Part shown: positions 42,033 through 52,473 of the stretch, piece after piece
Layout: every line of letters begins with the position of its first letter
How positions within the stretch are numbered: the first letter of the stretch is position 1
IMG/VR virus record: IMGVR_UViG_3300020414_001694
Coordinates: 11,242 to 75,241 of that record
Direction: 5' to 3' (one strand)
Source: a virus
Lineage: Duplodnaviria; Caudoviricetes
DNA: 64,000 nt
Translations under genes and position numbers: made by a program
Notes under the pieces: generated by a model
What the model saw: the letters and a program-made list of their open reading frames with translations, nothing else
Database searches by the model: none
Told to the model about the DNA's origin: nothing

Positions 42033-45000
42033 TTATGCTAATAATTTAAAATTATGTCTGATGGAACGAGTTGAGAAACCCCACTGTTCACTATAGTCTA
42101 GTCTTGCCATGTAAGGTTTATTAATCTCGACCACATCTGTGTCCCTGACACCCCAACACTTAATTGTGCTAATAGTAGAAGTTGAATCAATAACCTTGAC
42201 CATCCAATACTTCTTGTTATTCTTCGTCTTTCTTTCAATAACTTCACGAGGAATAAACCAAGCAACTGGAACCTCTGGGTAGAAATCACCAAGTGGTGGA
42301 ATGTCACTGTTCTCTAACTGTTCTCGGACTGATGCTGACATAACCAAGTGAATAGGAAACATGCCAGTCAAGTTAGTCTGGTGCTCAATCATCTCTTCCT
42401 TAGAGAAGTCACCCTCTGGTTCATAGAGTTCAATGTTCTCGTGAAACTTCTTCTTTGTCTTTGCCCTGTCTACTGCCACGGCAGACCAGAAATGTCTTGT
42501 ACCCTTGAACCTCTCATCCATAAGAGGCATAAGTGCTTCTGAGCGAACAAGAACGTCCAGTGCCTTCTTATTTAATTTAGAGTAAACAACCCTATCGTGA
42601 AACAAGAATTCCTCAATCGTATTAAACGGACGGAAATTAAGAATCTGGTCTATTGCTGCATCACCCAAACCTTTGATAGAAGAGAATGGTTGAATTAGCG
42701 CACCGTCGTCACCAATCTCCCAGTTACGAGTTGACAGGTTGATATCAAGAGGACGTATCTCAAAACCCATCTTCTTAGCAGTGTTGATTGCTCGCTCTTT
42801 TCTAGACTCTGGTTCTTTATCCAAGAATGCCGCCATCCACTCAACTGGGTAGTAGTTAAGCAACCAAGCGCACTGATAAGATAGAATAGAATAGGAAACT
42901 GCGTGAGACTTATTAAAACCATACCCTGAGAAGAACTCAAAGGTTTCCCAGAGTTTGGTTGCCTTATGCTCTGGAATACCTTTCTCAACGCACCCCGTAA
43001 CAAACTTTTGATAAATCTTATTCTTCTCCTCGGCACCCTTGCCAGTGCCCTTCTTGGTAAGCAACTTACGAAGTAAGTTACCTTCATCAAGAGAAACATC
43101 TTTACCTAGTTTGTGAGCGAGAAGTGCAATTTGTTCCTGAAAGATAAGGAACCCATAAGTCTCCTCTGTCACTTCTTTGATAGTCGGATGAATATATTCT
43201 ACTCCATCTGGATTTTCTTTTGCTCGGACATAACTTCTGTCAACCTTGGCAGAAAGTGGTCCTGGGCGAAAGATAGAAGTAATAGCAGAGATATCAACAA
43301 TACTTCTAGGTTTAGCGTTTACACAGAAGTTCTGCGCTCCTGTCTCCGTAAACTGGAATACTCCTGCCCACTTGCCCTTATGAAAGATATTTTCATAAAC
43401 CTCTTGGTCATCAAAATTGATAACATCGGGATGCAAGTTCTCCTGATAGTATTTCTTGATGTCGGCAAATGTAGGTTTCCTGACACCCTTATGACGAACA
43501 AGAATAGAGCGAATTGCATCTTCCATCATTCGGAGAGAAGCAAGTCCAAGAATATCAAACTTAATGAAACCCATTGGTTCCAGATGACGAACATTCTGAC
43601 CCTCGGACCAAGGTGTTTGACGAACACCGCCAGAAGTAATAAGAGGCATTTGCTTGTGTAAGTCGTCTGCGATTACCACACCACCAGCGTGACGTGAAGA
43701 AGAACGCACTTGTCCGTATAGTGCTTCAACGTGCGTCTTGACGTGGGGATACTGTTGTAGAAATCTTTGCAAAGTGTCTGAAAACTCCATTACTTCTTCA
43801 AACGTAGGAGTGTAAACACCAGCAGAAATGTTGTGCTTCGCCTTTGCTTTTGGCGTTGCCTCTGCCATCATCCTACCAGTCACATTATTCACCTCATTGA
43901 AAGGTATCTTGTAAAACTTAGAGATATCTTTAATAAGAGAACGCAACTGCAAGGTGTTCCAGTTTGTAATCGGAACAACAGTGTTTTCGCCCCACTCTTC
44001 AACTAACTTTTCTTTAAGTTCCATTGGCGAACTTACATCGTAGTCAATATCTGGATAGTCTTTTGCGTCGGAACGTAAGAACCGAGAAAAGAGAAGTCCA
44101 TATTTAATTGGGTCTACCTGGGTAATACCCAAGACGTATGCCACAAGTGAACCTGCTGCTGAACCTCGCCCTGGACCTGTAAGTTGCTCCTGCGTTGCTC
44201 TATCCGCAATTGCTTTCATTGTCAAGAAATACTTTGAGAAACCTCTATCGGCAATGACGTTTAGTTCTAATTTAAGTCTTTCAACGTAGTCTTTCTTCTT
44301 AGATAACTTAAAGTTTCTCAACCCCTCAATAGAAGCGGCGACGAGTGCCTCATCTGCTGTCTTGCCTGGGGGTACTACAAAGTCAGGCAAACGAACTTCG
44401 TTACTTGGGTAAAAAGATTCAATCATCTCGTGAGCAATCTTATGTGTTACAACAATACTTTCTCTAATAACATCATCGTCATACTCAACGCCTGCTTCTG
44501 CTGAATACTTCTTGTAACTTTCCCACATCTGGTCGCCATTCTTTGGGTAAAGTTCGTAACCTACTTCTTCTACGTCAATAGGAAGTTCGGTGTCCATTTC
44601 CTTGCCCTTACCTAACCACCCCAACTTCTTGTAAAGAATCCTGTCTTTCCAAGATTCAGAAGTAGGATAGTGACTATCCGCAGTTGAGACAAGGGTTAAA
44701 TCAAACTCTTTTGCGACCTGAATCACAAACTTATTTAAATCATGCTGCTCTTCAATATTGTTCCACTGCAACTCACACAGAAACCTATCTTTCCCAAGAA
44801 TAGAAGTCATACGCTTGGCAGTTTCTCGCATGGCATTCAGAACTGCCTCATCACCATCTTCTCTATTTCTCCACATATCACCAGCGAACAAACCACCGAG
44901 ACAAGCGGTTGATACAATGATGCCCTCAGAGTGCTGCTCTAACATATCGTAGTCAATTCTTGGGAAACGATAAAAGTTATCACCCTGAAAAGACTTAGAA

Positions 45001-45452
45001 ATAAGTTGGAATATGTTTTCTAAACCTTTTTGGTTCTGGGCAAGAATAACAAGGTGATGACGCCTGTTCACAATAGATTTATATGTTCTTACCTCAGTCT
45101 CAACGACAGCACCAGAAGTATTTGTATCCTTTAGGGCAGCAGCATTCTTTTTATTCTGTTTTGCCACCTCCATATCTTCTTTCCACTGCTTAATGGAGGG
45201 ATGGAAATACGCCTCTACGCCAAAGATTGGTTTGAAGTCTTTACCAGACTTCTGCATCTTCTTAGCGTGTAGAACCATTTCTGCGAGTGCATTCTGGTTG
45301 CCGTGGTCTGTAATGGCGAAAGCATCAAGACCATTTTCATAAGCAGAGTCCATATGCTCTGATACGTATCCCAATGCATCAAAAGGAGAACCACCCACAG
45401 AGTGAGCGTGAAGTCCTACGAACGGTAAATTAGACTGAAGTCTATCTGTCAT
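42033..45452 (-). CDS. dnaE: Family C DNA polymerase III alpha
   Basis: PHP LHAHS/ITDHG, GRGSAAGS, PDIDYD, KFDILGL, YGFNKSH. Confidence 0.97.
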   Translation of the reverse strand: MTDRLQSNLPFVGLHAHSVGGSPFDALGYVSEHMDSAYENGLDAFAITDHGNQNALAEMVLHAKKMQKSGKDFKPIFGVEAYFHPSIKQWKEDMEVAKQNKKNAAALKDTNTSGAVVETEVRTYKSIVNRRHHLVILAQNQKGLENIFQLISKSFQGDNFYRFPRIDYDMLEQHSEGIIVSTACLGGLFAGDMWRNREDGDEAVLNAMRETAKRMTSILGKDRFLCELQWNNIEEQHDLNKFVIQVAKEFDLTLVSTADSHYPTSESWKDRILYKKLGWLGKGKEMDTELPIDVEEVGYELYPKNGDQMWESYKKYSAEAGVEYDDDVIRESIVVTHKIAHEMIESFYPSNEVRLPDFVVPPGKTADEALVAASIEGLRNFKLSKKKDYVERLKLELNVIADRGFSKYFLTMKAIADRATQEQLTGPGRGSAAGSLVAYVLGITQVDPIKYGLLFSRFLRSDAKDYPDIDYDVSSPMELKEKLVEEWGENTVVPITNWNTLQLRSLIKDISKFYKIPFNEVNNVTGRMMAEATPKAKAKHNISAGVYTPTFEEVMEFSDTLQRFLQQYPHVKTHVEALYGQVRSSSRHAGGVVIADDLHKQMPLITSGGVRQTPWSEGQNVRHLEPMGFIKFDILGLASLRMMEDAIRSILVRHKGVRKPTFADIKKYYQENLHPDVINFDDQEVYENIFHKGKWAGVFQFTETGAQNFCVNAKPRSIVDISAITSIFRPGPLSAKVDRSYVRAKENPDGVEYIHPTIKEVTEETYGFLIFQEQIALLAHKLGKDVSLDEGNLLRKLLTKKGTGKGAEEKNKIYQKFVTGCVEKGIPEHKATKLWETFEFFSGYGFNKSHAVSYSILSYQCAWLLNYYPVEWMAAFLDKEPESRKERAINTAKKMGFEIRPLDINLSTRNWEIGDDGALIQPFSSIKGLGDAAIDQILNFRPFNTIEEFLFHDRVVYSKLNKKALDVLVRSEALMPLMDERFKGTRHFWSAVAVDRAKTKKKFHENIELYEPEGDFSKEEMIEHQTNLTGMFPIHLVMSASVREQLENSDIPPLGDFYPEVPVAWFIPREVIERKTKNNKKYWMVKVIDSTSTISTIKCWGVRDTDVVEINKPYMARLDYSEQWGFSTRSIRHNFKLLA

Positions 45453-45694
45453 TTCTTATCCTCTAGAATTTGGTTGCAAACAGTTGACATCTCTTCTGCC
45501 AGTTGTCTGATACTTTCCTTTTCTTCTTCAAAAGTCTCATACATAATATTACTCATTGACTCTTGAAATTCAAGAAAAAAACGAATCTGGTCGTTAGTAA
45601 GACTTGATGATACAAGCGGAAAACCAACCCTTTCCTTGATATGATACGGTATATTGTCATACACTGATTCGTAACTTAAAACATTTTTCGCCAT
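45449..45694 (-). CDS. Hypothetical protein
   Basis: 81-aa ORF, ATGA overlap. Confidence 0.55.
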   Translation of the reverse strand: MAKNVLSYESVYDNIPYHIKERVGFPLVSSSLTNDQIRFFLEFQESMSNIMYETFEEEKESIRQLAEEMSTVCNQILEDKK

Positions 45695-46563
45695 TCTCTT
45701 TTCCTCCTCTTAAATCTTGTTATTGCTTCTGGTTTTTCTAGATTAATATTGCTTCCCATAAGTTCCCGATATCCTTGAAACTTATCTATCTGATGATACT
45801 CATCGACCTCTATCTTGTGGAAATTGTCTCCATCATAGACGTTCTCAAACACTTTGTCAAGAGAAAAGAACCTGCCCGTGAAAGATTCAGACACTGAACG
45901 CTTTCTTCTCTTACCCTCTTCATCGACAAATTGATGTCCGACTTCCATCTTTTTAAAGTTTTTAGTTCTCTCTTCAACCTGCTCCTTTGTCAAAGAAAAT
46001 CCAAGTTGAGTTCCATTTATAACAGAGTTGCCCTGGTGAGTCAAGACAATATTTTTATTTTGTAAAAAATTATGCTTTTCGCCTTCTCTGAAGAATCTTA
46101 AATTATCTGGTTCATAAACGCCGTGTGGAAATGCCACCCAGAACTTGTCCGTCTGTATTCTATACGAGATTCTCCTAGCAAACATATTTGCAACATTTGC
46201 TCCGTAAAGAATACTCCAAGCAAGGCAATCTCTTCGCTCTCTGTCCTTTGGGTGAATAGGCAGATAGTAGATTGGAATCCTTCTGTGCTCAAATGACTCT
46301 TTTTGGCGATTCTTCTTGTTCATTTGCAGCGGGTCCAGCAACCAACTTCCGACTATCTCTTTTACAAGTGGTTGAAACTCTAAATCAGAGACAATCCAGA
46401 CTGCATCGCAACCAACAACGGCACACTCATAAACTGCTCTCTCGATAGCATAGTAATCTTTGTTTAAAGGCATTAAACAGTCGTGCCAAGGAAAAACATA
46501 GTCTGCTCTACGCTGCCCTGCAATTGGGACTATTCCTGCTATGTGTTTTTCCTTACTCGGCAT
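45676..46563 (-). CDS. Divergent sugar-phosphate nucleotidyltransferase-like protein
   Basis: IAGIVPIAG...D.LMPL. Confidence 0.55.
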   Translation of the reverse strand: MPSKEKHIAGIVPIAGQRRADYVFPWHDCLMPLNKDYYAIERAVYECAVVGCDAVWIVSDLEFQPLVKEIVGSWLLDPLQMNKKNRQKESFEHRRIPIYYLPIHPKDRERRDCLAWSILYGANVANMFARRISYRIQTDKFWVAFPHGVYEPDNLRFFREGEKHNFLQNKNIVLTHQGNSVINGTQLGFSLTKEQVEERTKNFKKMEVGHQFVDEEGKRRKRSVSESFTGRFFSLDKVFENVYDGDNFHKIEVDEYHQIDKFQGYRELMGSNINLEKPEAITRFKRRKREWRKMF

Positions 46564-47287
46564 ACATATAATCCATTATTTTAGTCAAATAAGCGTTATC
46601 ACTAATATATTCTATTTCTTGCTTCTCGTCAAGGAAAATAATATCTTTTATTGGTTCATAAACGTTTCTTCCTAACTCGATTATCTCTCTTTTTTGTGAT
46701 TTTAGGGACATTTCTGTGCCAAAGTGTTTTGAAAGCAATTCTTCTGATTTGAAACGAGCAAATAATTCTGAAAATTCGTCTTTTGTTGTATCTTTTCTCG
46801 TTAAAGTGCTTTTTGCAACCAAATCTTTATAAGTTGTATTTCTCGCTCTTGGTTTTGTATAAAAATAAAACTTTTCTATGAATCCCTCGGTGAATTCTTT
46901 GGTTCCACTCTCCATTGAAGGACATTTTATAATCTGAAACCAGTCATACACCTCAACCAAGTCAGAAGTTGTGCCAATAGGTTCTGGAAGTCCAGTCATT
47001 CCTTTGTCATCAAATAAAAATAACTTGTCGTAAGAAATTTGAAAAGTTTTCTTTTCAGTGAGAAGTTCTAGTTTGTTGTTATCCAACAACTTTGCTCTTC
47101 TTATATTATTTGCAAATGGAATAAACCCTGCGAGGGATAAAAAGAAGTAACATTGTTTCCAGTTGTTTACTTTTTCGTCGTGAGCGAAAGGTTTGGAGGG
47201 GATAGAATAGACGAGGGGGTAACCATTCTTCAATGCAAAGAATAGTGAATCTAGTGTTGCACCATAAACAAGTTTCTCATAGTGCAT
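46553..47287 (-). CDS. Degenerate Rossmann/FAD-binding-like protein
   Basis: LVYGATLDSLFFALKNGYP. Confidence 0.4.
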   Translation of the reverse strand: MHYEKLVYGATLDSLFFALKNGYPLVYSIPSKPFAHDEKVNNWKQCYFFLSLAGFIPFANNIRRAKLLDNNKLELLTEKKTFQISYDKLFLFDDKGMTGLPEPIGTTSDLVEVYDWFQIIKCPSMESGTKEFTEGFIEKFYFYTKPRARNTTYKDLVAKSTLTRKDTTKDEFSELFARFKSEELLSKHFGTEMSLKSQKREIIELGRNVYEPIKDIIFLDEKQEIEYISDNAYLTKIMDYMYAE

Positions 47288-48012
47288 TAATGCCCCTGTC
47301 TATTCTCTCGGTATGCAGAGACTGTGTGAGGAAAGTGCTCCTGAGCAAAAGTCAAACAAGCATTAGCAACTTGCTGAATCTCCCATTGTGCCCCTTCGTG
47401 AGTTCTCAAATCAATAAATTTAAGAAGATTCGAAAGATTACAACTTCCAATATACTGAGTGTAAAGGTTCTGAGGCAAAACACCTCTCGCTTGCTCTCTA
47501 CAAACACCATTATTAAGAAGAGATTCGAACAAGTCCAAACAACGTCGGTGATGCATCATAATAGCATCACTGGCATAGTTTGGAGAAACTGGAAGCAACG
47601 TATCCTTGAAGTTGCTGATATTTGGGTTTATCTCATCCAAGTTACTTGCTTGCCTGTTTGTCTCGTGCTGAGTTCTAAAAGTTTTTGGTTCATAGAACTG
47701 TAAATCTACAGAAGTATATCGACGTGAAATCTCGTTGTAACTCCAAGTCCTATGTCTGTGATGCTGTGAGCGCACATAGAGAGGAACAACGAACTTGAAC
47801 GTCATAAAGCAGTGCTCAAGGGTTGAAGTGTGTCGGTGTTTTACAAGGTAATTAATAAGTTTTTTATCTTTCTCATCAATCTCTTCTTTTTCAACACCGA
47901 AACTTACTCTTGCTGCATTCACGACAGACAAGTCGTTCCCAATAGTTTGGATTAGTTCTACCTTGCCGATATCGTCGCCGTAAAGGTGAATTGTGTTCCC
48001 TTCTCTTTGCAT
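47287..48012 (-). CDS. thyX: FAD-dependent thymidylate synthase
   Basis: AARVS, HTSTLEH, RHRTWSYNEISRRY. Confidence 0.96.
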   Translation of the reverse strand: MQREGNTIHLYGDDIGKVELIQTIGNDLSVVNAARVSFGVEKEEIDEKDKKLINYLVKHRHTSTLEHCFMTFKFVVPLYVRSQHHRHRTWSYNEISRRYTSVDLQFYEPKTFRTQHETNRQASNLDEINPNISNFKDTLLPVSPNYASDAIMMHHRRCLDLFESLLNNGVCREQARGVLPQNLYTQYIGSCNLSNLLKFIDLRTHEGAQWEIQQVANACLTFAQEHFPHTVSAYRENRQGH

Positions 48013-48285
48013 TTAACCCTCAACATATCCTAAGACATAATTCTCTGAAACAAGATTTACTTTACTTCCGTTGATGTCAACCTGTTGCAACATATTAGAA
48101 GGGAAGACAATGAAACTGCCTTGCTTCCAAGTGGTGTTACAATCAGACGCAACAGCAACAACTTTCGCAACCTCAAACTCTGCTTTTGGTTGAAAACCCT
48201 CGGGCAAGAGAACACTGGTTTGCTCTTCTTGCTCCGAAGTCTTCAGTTCCAATAAAAGATTTCTATTGGTAGGCGTGAACATCAA
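48013..48285 (-). CDS. groES: GroES-like co-chaperonin
   Basis: P.NRNLL, VLLP, KVVAV, G..IVF, LV.E..VLG. Confidence 0.75.
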   Translation of the reverse strand: MMFTPTNRNLLLELKTSEQEEQTSVLLPEGFQPKAEFEVAKVVAVASDCNTTWKQGSFIVFPSNMLQQVDINGSKVNLVSENYVLGYVEG

Positions 48286-48539
48286 TTAACTCGCTTCACA
48301 GTTTCGTAGAAATCCATGAGTTGCTCTGGGTCTACTCCGTTCTTAATCATACGGAATGCCTTCACTGCCATAGAAATCTCATCCTTGTCTAACCAACCGT
48401 TCTCAACGTAATTGGTCTTCAATGCTCGCTTTTGCTCCTTGAAAGGTTCCATTGCTTCCTCAAGCGCAGCGAGTGATTGAACGTAGTTCAAGATATGCTC
48501 TTCCTTGCGCTCTTCGAGCGTCTTAAATGTATCAGTCAT
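48282..48539 (-). CDS. T4 DsbA/GapR-like dsDNA-binding protein
   Basis: Helical Y...L...EE...KE...LK pattern; promoter TTGACA-N18-TATAGT at 48569-48598. Confidence 0.5.
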   Translation of the reverse strand: MTDTFKTLEERKEEHILNYVQSLAALEEAMEPFKEQKRALKTNYVENGWLDKDEISMAVKAFRMIKNGVDPEQLMDFYETVKRVN

Positions 48540-48612
48540 ATTTTCTCCTTTGTCTGACTGTGTGTCTTACTATAACACAAGTTGTTTTTGTTTGTCAAGA
48601 GTTTTTTTAACT

Positions 48613-51027
48613 TTATCCACACTTGGCGTAACCACAAGACGTGCAAGTAGCGCAACCATCTTGGTAAATCATTCCTTCATTACCACACTCTGGGCAGGTC
48701 TTGTCTGAGGAAACCTCTGAACCGTCTTGAATGTAGTTCTTCAAGATACGAGCAACACATCGAGAAAAGGAGAACATTTCACTTTCCTTATCCTTTTGTA
48801 GTTGTTCTACCATAAACCTAACCTCTGCACCGTGACGAAGACCTAATGAAATCATTCTGGTGAAAGCAGAGTTGTTAGGATTATCAAATACCTTAACTAC
48901 ATCTTTAATAACACCATCATCACCGAAAGTCAAGTCATATCTGTTATCTTTTGTCTTAAAAGAATTTTTTCTTAAAGTGCCTGAAATGTGCTTCTTTGGA
49001 ATCTCAATTAAACTAGATTCTCCACCGAGAACCTCGTAAGGTTTGCCGTCTAACTTACCAATAAGAATAGTCCAAGGTTTGCCCTGAATAGTTGTGTGGT
49101 GAATATCACACTCCAAGTCCTCTGGTCGTTTTGGCGCTGAACGCTGTGGAAAATCTTCTGTTTGAGTTTCCGTGTTCGTGACCAAAACACCTGAACGTGA
49201 ACCATCAACATAAACCGTGATGCCCTTTAATCCTCGTTTCCAACCTTCTCGATAAAGTCTTTCAACAACTGCTGGTTCCGTGCCTGCTGGGAGATTGATA
49301 GTTGAAGAAATAGCATGGTCGATGTTATTCTGAATTGCTTCCTGAATTTCAACTCTCTTCATCCAGTCAATCTGGTCTGATTCAACAAAGAAGGCAGGAA
49401 GGGTTTGTCCTGGGTTTTGCGACAACCACTCCTGTGCGTTATGGTGAAATACTTCAAAGTTCTTCCAACCATCGCCCAATTCGTCCACGAAATCTGGAGT
49501 GACATTTACCTCATCATGAGATAACTTACGTCGTCGAATGTAAGAATTTCTAAATACTGGTTCCAGTCCTGAACTTGTCTGAGACATAATAGAGACTGAA
49601 CCCGTTGGGGCATTCGTCAATATAGAAATGTTTCTTCTACCGTGAGTTGCCATCTGGTCTTGCATCTCCACTGGCAGTCTTTGAATAAAAGCGTTTCCAC
49701 TTTCCTTACCCCAATTGAACACTGGGAAAGACCCTCTTTCTGTGGCAAGGTTGAGTGATTCACCGTAAGCAGTGTTACGAAGTGTCTCGTAAATGACAGA
49801 AATGACCTTTAACCCGTCTTCCGAATCGTAAGCAAGATTTAAGCAAGCAAGAGCATCAGCGAGACCATGAGTCCCAAGACCAGTACGCCTTCCATTTGCC
49901 GCCGCTTGATGAAGTTTCTTCCAAAGAGTTACTTCGTCTGATGTATCCGCTACATCAATAATCTTCTCTAACTTTTCTAACTCCAACTCAACCAAGTCGT
50001 CTGACAGACGCATTGCTGCTGAAACGGTTTCAGTAAACTTCTGGAAGTTGAATGTCGCCTGCTCTGTGAAAGCATTTTCAACAAAGTTCTTCAAGTTTAC
50101 AGAGATAAGACGACAGGAGTCATAAGCAGAGAGTGGAATCTCCGCACAAGGGTTTGTGCAGATAGTAGCGTAACCCTCCTCCTTGTATTCGTTTGCTGGC
50201 AGGTTGTCACAGATGTTGTCCCACATGAGAATACCTGGTTCGGCGGTCTCTGTTGCTGACTTTACAATCTGATTCCAGATGTCTCTCGCCTTAACTTCAC
50301 GAGTAGTGTCAGGATTGTCCGAACCTACTGGAAATTGAAGTTCATAAGTCTCGTCTGCTTCAACTGCTTGCATAAAGTCATTAGTAATCTTTACTGAAAC
50401 ATTAGCACCTGTGACTTTCGTCAAGTCGTGTTTCATAGTGACAAATTGCTCGATATCTGGATGGCGAACATCCATAGAAATCATTAGAGCACCTCGTCTA
50501 CCATTCTGTCCAATCATACGACAAACGTAAGAGTAGAAGTCAGCAAATGACCAAGCACCAGTCGTAGTGCCTGCTGAATTGTTTACAATTGCCCCATCTG
50601 GACGCAACTCGGATAAATCCAAACCTACGCCACATCTTCGCTTGAACAGGTTTGCCAAGTCTCTACCAGAATTAATAATAGAAGATACATTATCCTCTGG
50701 TGACGCAACTACTACGCAATTTGATAAGGAAACATTAACAAAATCATTGCCAATGCCCATCATTGGCGAACCTTGTGGAACTATATGTTTAAAATTATCT
50801 AAATAATCATAAATCCTTGCCTCGGTTAAGGCACGAGGACCGCCGAACTTACTTTCAATTCTCGCAAATTCTGATGCGAGTCTCTTATGCATGTCCCTTG
50901 GCGTAAGTTCCTGAAAGTTACCCTCCCTATCTTTCAGGCAATATTTCGTCATAAAGACGTTGGTGGCGAGTTCATCGCCTTGGAAGTAATCTAAGGTTGC
51001 CTTCCTAACCTGCTCTTCTGTATACAT
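48613..51027 (-). CDS. nrdJ: Class II (B12-dependent) ribonucleotide reductase
   Basis: LSNC, G.G.D.S.LRP, TNPCAE, APTGS, G.T.Y..GSR; C-terminal Zn ribbon. Confidence 0.92.
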   Translation of the reverse strand: MYTEEQVRKATLDYFQGDELATNVFMTKYCLKDREGNFQELTPRDMHKRLASEFARIESKFGGPRALTEARIYDYLDNFKHIVPQGSPMMGIGNDFVNVSLSNCVVVASPEDNVSSIINSGRDLANLFKRRCGVGLDLSELRPDGAIVNNSAGTTTGAWSFADFYSYVCRMIGQNGRRGALMISMDVRHPDIEQFVTMKHDLTKVTGANVSVKITNDFMQAVEADETYELQFPVGSDNPDTTREVKARDIWNQIVKSATETAEPGILMWDNICDNLPANEYKEEGYATICTNPCAEIPLSAYDSCRLISVNLKNFVENAFTEQATFNFQKFTETVSAAMRLSDDLVELELEKLEKIIDVADTSDEVTLWKKLHQAAANGRRTGLGTHGLADALACLNLAYDSEDGLKVISVIYETLRNTAYGESLNLATERGSFPVFNWGKESGNAFIQRLPVEMQDQMATHGRRNISILTNAPTGSVSIMSQTSSGLEPVFRNSYIRRRKLSHDEVNVTPDFVDELGDGWKNFEVFHHNAQEWLSQNPGQTLPAFFVESDQIDWMKRVEIQEAIQNNIDHAISSTINLPAGTEPAVVERLYREGWKRGLKGITVYVDGSRSGVLVTNTETQTEDFPQRSAPKRPEDLECDIHHTTIQGKPWTILIGKLDGKPYEVLGGESSLIEIPKKHISGTLRKNSFKTKDNRYDLTFGDDGVIKDVVKVFDNPNNSAFTRMISLGLRHGAEVRFMVEQLQKDKESEMFSFSRCVARILKNYIQDGSEVSSDKTCPECGNEGMIYQDGCATCTSCGYAKCG

Positions 51028-52439
51028 TACGTGTTATTCTCCTTCTTCTTGTTCATGATACTTGTCCTGTGTTTTTTATATTTCTCTCTCAACGATTCCG
51101 CTTGTTGTTTAACAACATCGGAAGACTTCTGGGGTACCACACCCTGAAGATTTTGTGTGTTAGAAACTCTTATCCTAACGTTTTTTGTAGTCATGTGTAT
51201 TGGAAAGGTTAATCCATCTGCCCCGTTCCGATTTTTTGCTATAAAAATCCTTCCAGAGTCTGTAACCTTGTCCTCATTATTTCTTGACAACGAAAATATG
51301 AAGTCAGCCACAAAGCATTTGTTGAATGCTTCGGAAATATGTTCTGTCGTGACGAGTTCTGCATTTTTACCTGACCTATTCGTTTGAGATGCTGTCCAGA
51401 GTGGACAACCGTAAATCTGTGCGATGCCTCGCATCTCTTCATAAATAGACTCTAGTTCGTTTCTCTTCTCTTTTTGTATGGAAACTGGACGCAATAAATC
51501 GCCATAGTCAACAATAACCATGCCAATCTCTTCTCCTCTGCGGACCAACTTTTCCAAGTGAGTCTTCAATGTATTTGTGGAAGCAGATTTCGTTGGATAT
51601 TCCTTGACAATTAACTTACCTTCAATATCTTTTATCTTTCCAAGAATATAATCTTTGTTGTAAACAACCTTACCCAACTCAATTCCAGTCAAACAACTAT
51701 CATACCTTCTCGCAACAACAGTATCAGCAAGTTCTAGGGTATAATGAACAACTGTCTTACCTTGCTTTAATGCTTCTGCACCGAGGTGGACGAGTGCCAT
51801 AGATTTACCAGCACCAGTCGGAGCGATGCAGACACCAAGTTCGCCAGAACCCAGTCCTCCACCTGTAATATTGTCAACTGGAACCCATCCCGTTCCAACT
51901 GGATTTCTCATGGTTATTTCAAATCTTTTCTCAAAGTCCTTCATATAGTCGTATCCGACATCATTACTAGAACCGAGTGTAATAGATTCTGTCATAATCT
52001 TTGCTATCTCATCAAATGAAGATGTCTTTACCAAGTCAACGCACTTCAACATTGCCTTCTTTACATTTTGCTTTCTACAAAACTCTAAGGAGGTATCTCT
52101 AATGTATGGAGCAGAAGTAAACTCAACTGGTGCTGCGGATAGTCGTGAGAAATAGTCTCTTATCTGCTTCTTTGACAAATCAGTCTCATTGTCCAGTTCT
52201 GCTCTCACGATGGTAAGCATTGTTTCCCTGCTCGGATGAGTACCATACTTTTCACGGTAATTAAAGACGAGTTTCACGAAAGAACGGAGATATCCTAATT
52301 CTAGAAAGTCGTAATCAAACACTTCCATTATCTGGTCTGCGAAAACCCTGTCGTCTAAAATAATTTGAACAAGTCCTTCTTGAAACTTTGTACCATAATG
52401 TGAAAAGTCTGTCTTTTCTTTCATTGCAGATGCCGCCAT
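51027..52439 (-). CDS. dnaB: DnaB/gp41-like replicative helicase
   Basis: APTGAGKS, VDYGDLL, TASQ.NR, KNRNG. Confidence 0.9.
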   Translation of the reverse strand: MAASAMKEKTDFSHYGTKFQEGLVQIILDDRVFADQIMEVFDYDFLELGYLRSFVKLVFNYREKYGTHPSRETMLTIVRAELDNETDLSKKQIRDYFSRLSAAPVEFTSAPYIRDTSLEFCRKQNVKKAMLKCVDLVKTSSFDEIAKIMTESITLGSSNDVGYDYMKDFEKRFEITMRNPVGTGWVPVDNITGGGLGSGELGVCIAPTGAGKSMALVHLGAEALKQGKTVVHYTLELADTVVARRYDSCLTGIELGKVVYNKDYILGKIKDIEGKLIVKEYPTKSASTNTLKTHLEKLVRRGEEIGMVIVDYGDLLRPVSIQKEKRNELESIYEEMRGIAQIYGCPLWTASQTNRSGKNAELVTTEHISEAFNKCFVADFIFSLSRNNEDKVTDSGRIFIAKNRNGADGLTFPIHMTTKNVRIRVSNTQNLQGVVPQKSSDVVKQQAESLREKYKKHRTSIMNKKKENNT

Positions 52440-52473
52440 TTGATTTCCTATTGATTGTTGTAAGATGATAACA

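Noticed and set aside
42033-52439. Inteins or group I introns in dnaE, nrdJ or dnaB
   Set aside because: The ORFs are continuous, of normal length, and show no splice-junction or homing-endonuclease motifs
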